A stretch of DNA of 37,523 nucleotides from Candidatus Adlerbacteria bacterium (GTDB taxonomy: Bacteria; Patescibacteriota; Minisyncoccia; Phycocordibacterales; SBAW01). Shown here piece by piece: positions 35,102-37,523 of this stretch. Made by a program: the position numbers and the translations under genes. The stretch spans positions 317,276 through 354,798 of the forward strand of contig DAIDHJ010000001.1 in assembly GCA_027451965.1 (NCBI GenBank), written 5' to 3'. Numbering within the stretch: the first letter of the stretch is position 1; the number at the start of each line of letters is the position of its first letter. Below the pieces are notes generated by a model, which ran no database searches, was not told where the DNA came from, and saw only the letters and a list, made by a program, of their open reading frames with translations.

Positions 35102-35680
35102 CTACAATGAGCCGCCCTCATGCTGCTGGGAAAGTAATTTTCGCAGCGTAATCAATGCACGAAAATGTCTGCTTTTTACCGTATTGATAGATGCATGCAA
35201 CAAAGTGCCTATTTCTTCAAAGGTAAGATGGTTGGTGTAGTGCAGTAACAATACTTCTCGCTGCGGTGCGGGAAGTTGTTGTATAGCGGCCTGTAATGTT
35301 TGTGCATCTTCCGCTTGTATCAACGCTTCTTCTGCAAGCAAGGCTGGATCAGGAACCGTTTCGGCAAGCACATTTTTTTCTTCCACATCAAATGAAGAAA
35401 AGGGCACCTGTTTTTTCTTTCTGAGGTAATCGATTGCCGTATTGTGTGCAATACGCATAAGCCAGGTGCTAAATTTACTGGTTTCTGGGCGGTATGAAGC
35501 CAAGTGTCTCCAAGCTTTTACGAATGTTTCTTGAGCTATATCCTGCGCATCTGATTCGTTTCCGGTAAATCGCAATGCAAATGAGTACACATTTCCCAAT
35601 GTACGGTTAGTAATTTCTTTGAATGCCAATTCATCTCCTTGTAGATATTGTGCAACCAGTTCCTCATTGGTGATCTCCAT
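35102..35680 (-). CDS. ECF RNA polymerase sigma factor (sigma-70 family)
   Basis: DAQDIAQETFVKAW, FSTWLMRIAHNTAIDYLRK, LP..QREV, TFEEIG..L..SINTVKSR. Confidence 0.93.
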   Translation of the reverse strand: MEITNEELVAQYLQGDELAFKEITNRTLGNVYSFALRFTGNESDAQDIAQETFVKAWRHLASYRPETSKFSTWLMRIAHNTAIDYLRKKKQVPFSSFDVEEKNVLAETVPDPALLAEEALIQAEDAQTLQAAIQQLPAPQREVLLLHYTNHLTFEEIGTLLHASINTVKSRHFRALITLRKLLSQQHEGGSL

Positions 35681-35735
35681 GTACAAAACATTCTATCGTA
35701 AAACAGAAAATATTCTTTGTTATAGTAAGTAGTGT

Positions 35736-36272
35736 ATGCAAACTGAAACGATTGTACTGGGCGGCGGTTGTTTTTGGTGCACCGAGGCGGTATTTTCGCA
35801 GCTTAATGGAGTACTATCGGTGGTCCCCGGATATGCCGGCGGAACGGAGACGCACCCCACCTATGAGCAAGTATCGGAAGGGAATACGGGTCATGTGGAA
35901 GTGATAGAAATCACCTATGATCCTGAGATCATTTCATGTGAACGCATTCTGGAAGTTTTTTTTGATAGCCACGATCCTACTACGCTTAATCGACAAGGAA
36001 ATGATATTGGCCCGCAGTATCGTTCGGTCATATTTTATACCACTCCACAGCAGCAGGCAGTTGCACTTCACTATCTCCGGACCATCCAGGATGCGTACGC
36101 TGCTCCGGTAACCACTACTATAGAGCCCCTCGTTATGTTTTATCCGGCGGAAGCGTATCACCAGGAATACTATAAAATGCACGCAAACGCGCCATACTGC
36201 CAGTTGGTTATTGCTCCTAAAATCAAGAAGCTTACAAAGCAATTTCCTGAACTCATAAAACCAGAACCATAG
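35736..36272 (+). CDS. msrA: Peptide-methionine (S)-S-oxide reductase
   Basis: GGGCFWCTEA, GYAGG, HDPTTLNRQGND.G.QYRS, FYPAEAYHQEY, PYC. Confidence 0.96.
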   Translation: MQTETIVLGGGCFWCTEAVFSQLNGVLSVVPGYAGGTETHPTYEQVSEGNTGHVEVIEITYDPEIISCERILEVFFDSHDPTTLNRQGNDIGPQYRSVIFYTTPQQQAVALHYLRTIQDAYAAPVTTTIEPLVMFYPAEAYHQEYYKMHANAPYCQLVIAPKIKKLTKQFPELIKPEP

Positions 36273-36291
36273 CGTGTGGTATAGTCTCGAT

Positions 36292-36747
36292 ATGGAAAAA
36301 GTGCTACTTACGCCGTACTACCTTATTGCAGCCGCTCTGATTGGAGTGGGGGATACGCTCTATCTTTCGTATTACAAGTACCTTGGACTGGTTCCTACCT
36401 GCGCTATTTTGCATGGTTGCGATCAAGTGCTCACGAGTGCGTATGCAACTGTCTATGGGGTGCCACTGGCATATATCGGATTCGTATTTTATGTATACAT
36501 GCTGGTCCTGGTCTTGTTGCTCGCCATAGATCCCCGCTCTCCTGCATTACGATGGGGTGTTATGGCCTACACGACCATAGGTCTCTTGTGTTCCGTCCGT
36601 TTTGAAACGCTACAACTTTTTTCAATCGGCGCGCTCTGTATTTACTGCGCAACCTCTGCACTCACCGCACTCGCGCTATTTGCGTTGAGTGTGTGGCACG
36701 TACGTGCCAGTAGCTCAATGTCTCGGCCTGCGTACGCCGCGGAATAG
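36292..36747 (+). CDS. Vitamin K epoxide reductase (VKOR) family disulfide-formation protein
   Basis: C.....CDQVLTSAYA...GVPL loop cysteines, active-site CIYC, 4 TMs. Confidence 0.9.
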   Translation: MEKVLLTPYYLIAAALIGVGDTLYLSYYKYLGLVPTCAILHGCDQVLTSAYATVYGVPLAYIGFVFYVYMLVLVLLLAIDPRSPALRWGVMAYTTIGLLCSVRFETLQLFSIGALCIYCATSALTALALFALSVWHVRASSSMSRPAYAAE

Positions 36748-37509
36748 CCTCCAAAGCACATACAAGAATATGATTGCCGCTACGGGATAGAAGATTCCTA
36801 CATGCGTGATGATATAGCGCAGCGCAGTAAGTACATATAGCAGGACGGAAAAAGAAATAGTGCGTAGCGTAGTAGTAATTGAAGCGCTGCTGGTTGATCC
36901 GCTTTGCGTTTGATTGCCTTGCGCGGTTTTCTGCGTATCGATTGACGTTTGTTTCCCTGTTGGTAATTGTGCTTGTGTCCATTGGGATGCATTAGTGAGC
37001 GCTAGGTTCGCTTTGGTGCGCGCAGTATCGATGCTAGCAAATGCTGGCGCGAGATATTGTGCAGCGGGCGGGGAAATGGTCTGAATGGCGGCATCTATGG
37101 GTTGTGAGGATTCTACCGTTTGCGTGGATCCAGTGGATGAGGCGGTAGTAGGTGGAGCTGCAACAAGAAACGTGCCTTGCGTCTCATCAACAACCAATTG
37201 GTTACTATCGTACAGATCGGCAGATATAGTGTGTGAGCCGGCAGTAGGACTCCAAGAAATGGAATACACTTGTGCTTGAAAGGGAGAAAGGGATACAGAA
37301 ACATTTCCGATCAATGTGCCGTTATCAAGAAAATTTAGTTTTCCAGCGAACGCGGTGTTGTTAGTGTTTGAAACTACGGTATGGATGGATACAGTATCGC
37401 CTTGCGTAACAGTGCTTTGGGAAAGAAATACAGATTGTTTAATAAAGTCTGCCGCGGAGACTACTCCTGGCAACAGGCACAAGAGCAACACCAGCACACT
37501 CTTTCTCAT
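36715..37509 (-). CDS. Surface protein: signal peptide, CARDB/Ig-like domain, C-terminal TM anchor
   Basis: GDTVSI...V.N..., F.DNGT.IG, ISWSPTAGSHTISA; Ser/Thr linker; C-terminal TM with a basic tail. Confidence 0.8.
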   Translation of the reverse strand: MRKSVLVLLLCLLPGVVSAADFIKQSVFLSQSTVTQGDTVSIHTVVSNTNNTAFAGKLNFLDNGTLIGNVSVSLSPFQAQVYSISWSPTAGSHTISADLYDSNQLVVDETQGTFLVAAPPTTASSTGSTQTVESSQPIDAAIQTISPPAAQYLAPAFASIDTARTKANLALTNASQWTQAQLPTGKQTSIDTQKTAQGNQTQSGSTSSASITTTLRTISFSVLLYVLTALRYIITHVGIFYPVAAIIFLYVLWRLFRGVRRPRH

Positions 37510-37523
37510 AAACGTAAGTGTAC

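Noticed and set aside
1-37523. Alternative genetic code (TGA = Gly/Trp)
   Set aside because: Conserved genes end cleanly at TGA (e.g. miaA, dus), none has an internal TGA, and tRNA-Trp has a CCA anticodon.

Overview
A 37.5-kb chromosomal window from a small-genome bacterium. It is most consistent with Patescibacteria/CPR (Parcubacteria-like), inferred from the T4SS/VirB2-like pilin, the short DnaX lacking its zinc cysteines, very dense packing and genes largely without Shine-Dalgarno (SD) sites; genetic code 11. Core genes are clpB (5' truncated), rpmG, miaA, parB, a short rel/spoT, topA, serS, ftsQ, dus, dnaX, tsaC, msrA and four tRNAs (Tyr, Trp, Leu, Gln). Envelope and redox genes include GH18 and IPT proteins with peptidoglycan-binding domains, DedA, VKOR and an ApbE/FMN-binding/NqrB-like flavinylation cluster next to an ECF sigma factor. 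The most unusual features are: (1) an integrase-less tandem array of four accessory modules after tRNA-Gln, each ending in a degenerate copy of the tRNA 3' end, three of them also bracketed by short direct repeats; (2) a pilin fused to a Cys/His amidase-like domain, followed by two convergent paralogous candidate immunity genes that share a perfect 53-bp inverted repeat; (3) a miaA start codon that shares its A with the CCA end of tRNA-Leu(CAA), an expected MiaA substrate; (4) an unrecognised ~180-nt structured element between the ECF sigma gene and its putative anti-sigma gene; (5) two contrasting expression grammars, near-leaderless core genes versus strong-SD/boxA-like orphan genes. All family calls come from reading motifs by eye; no database search was run.
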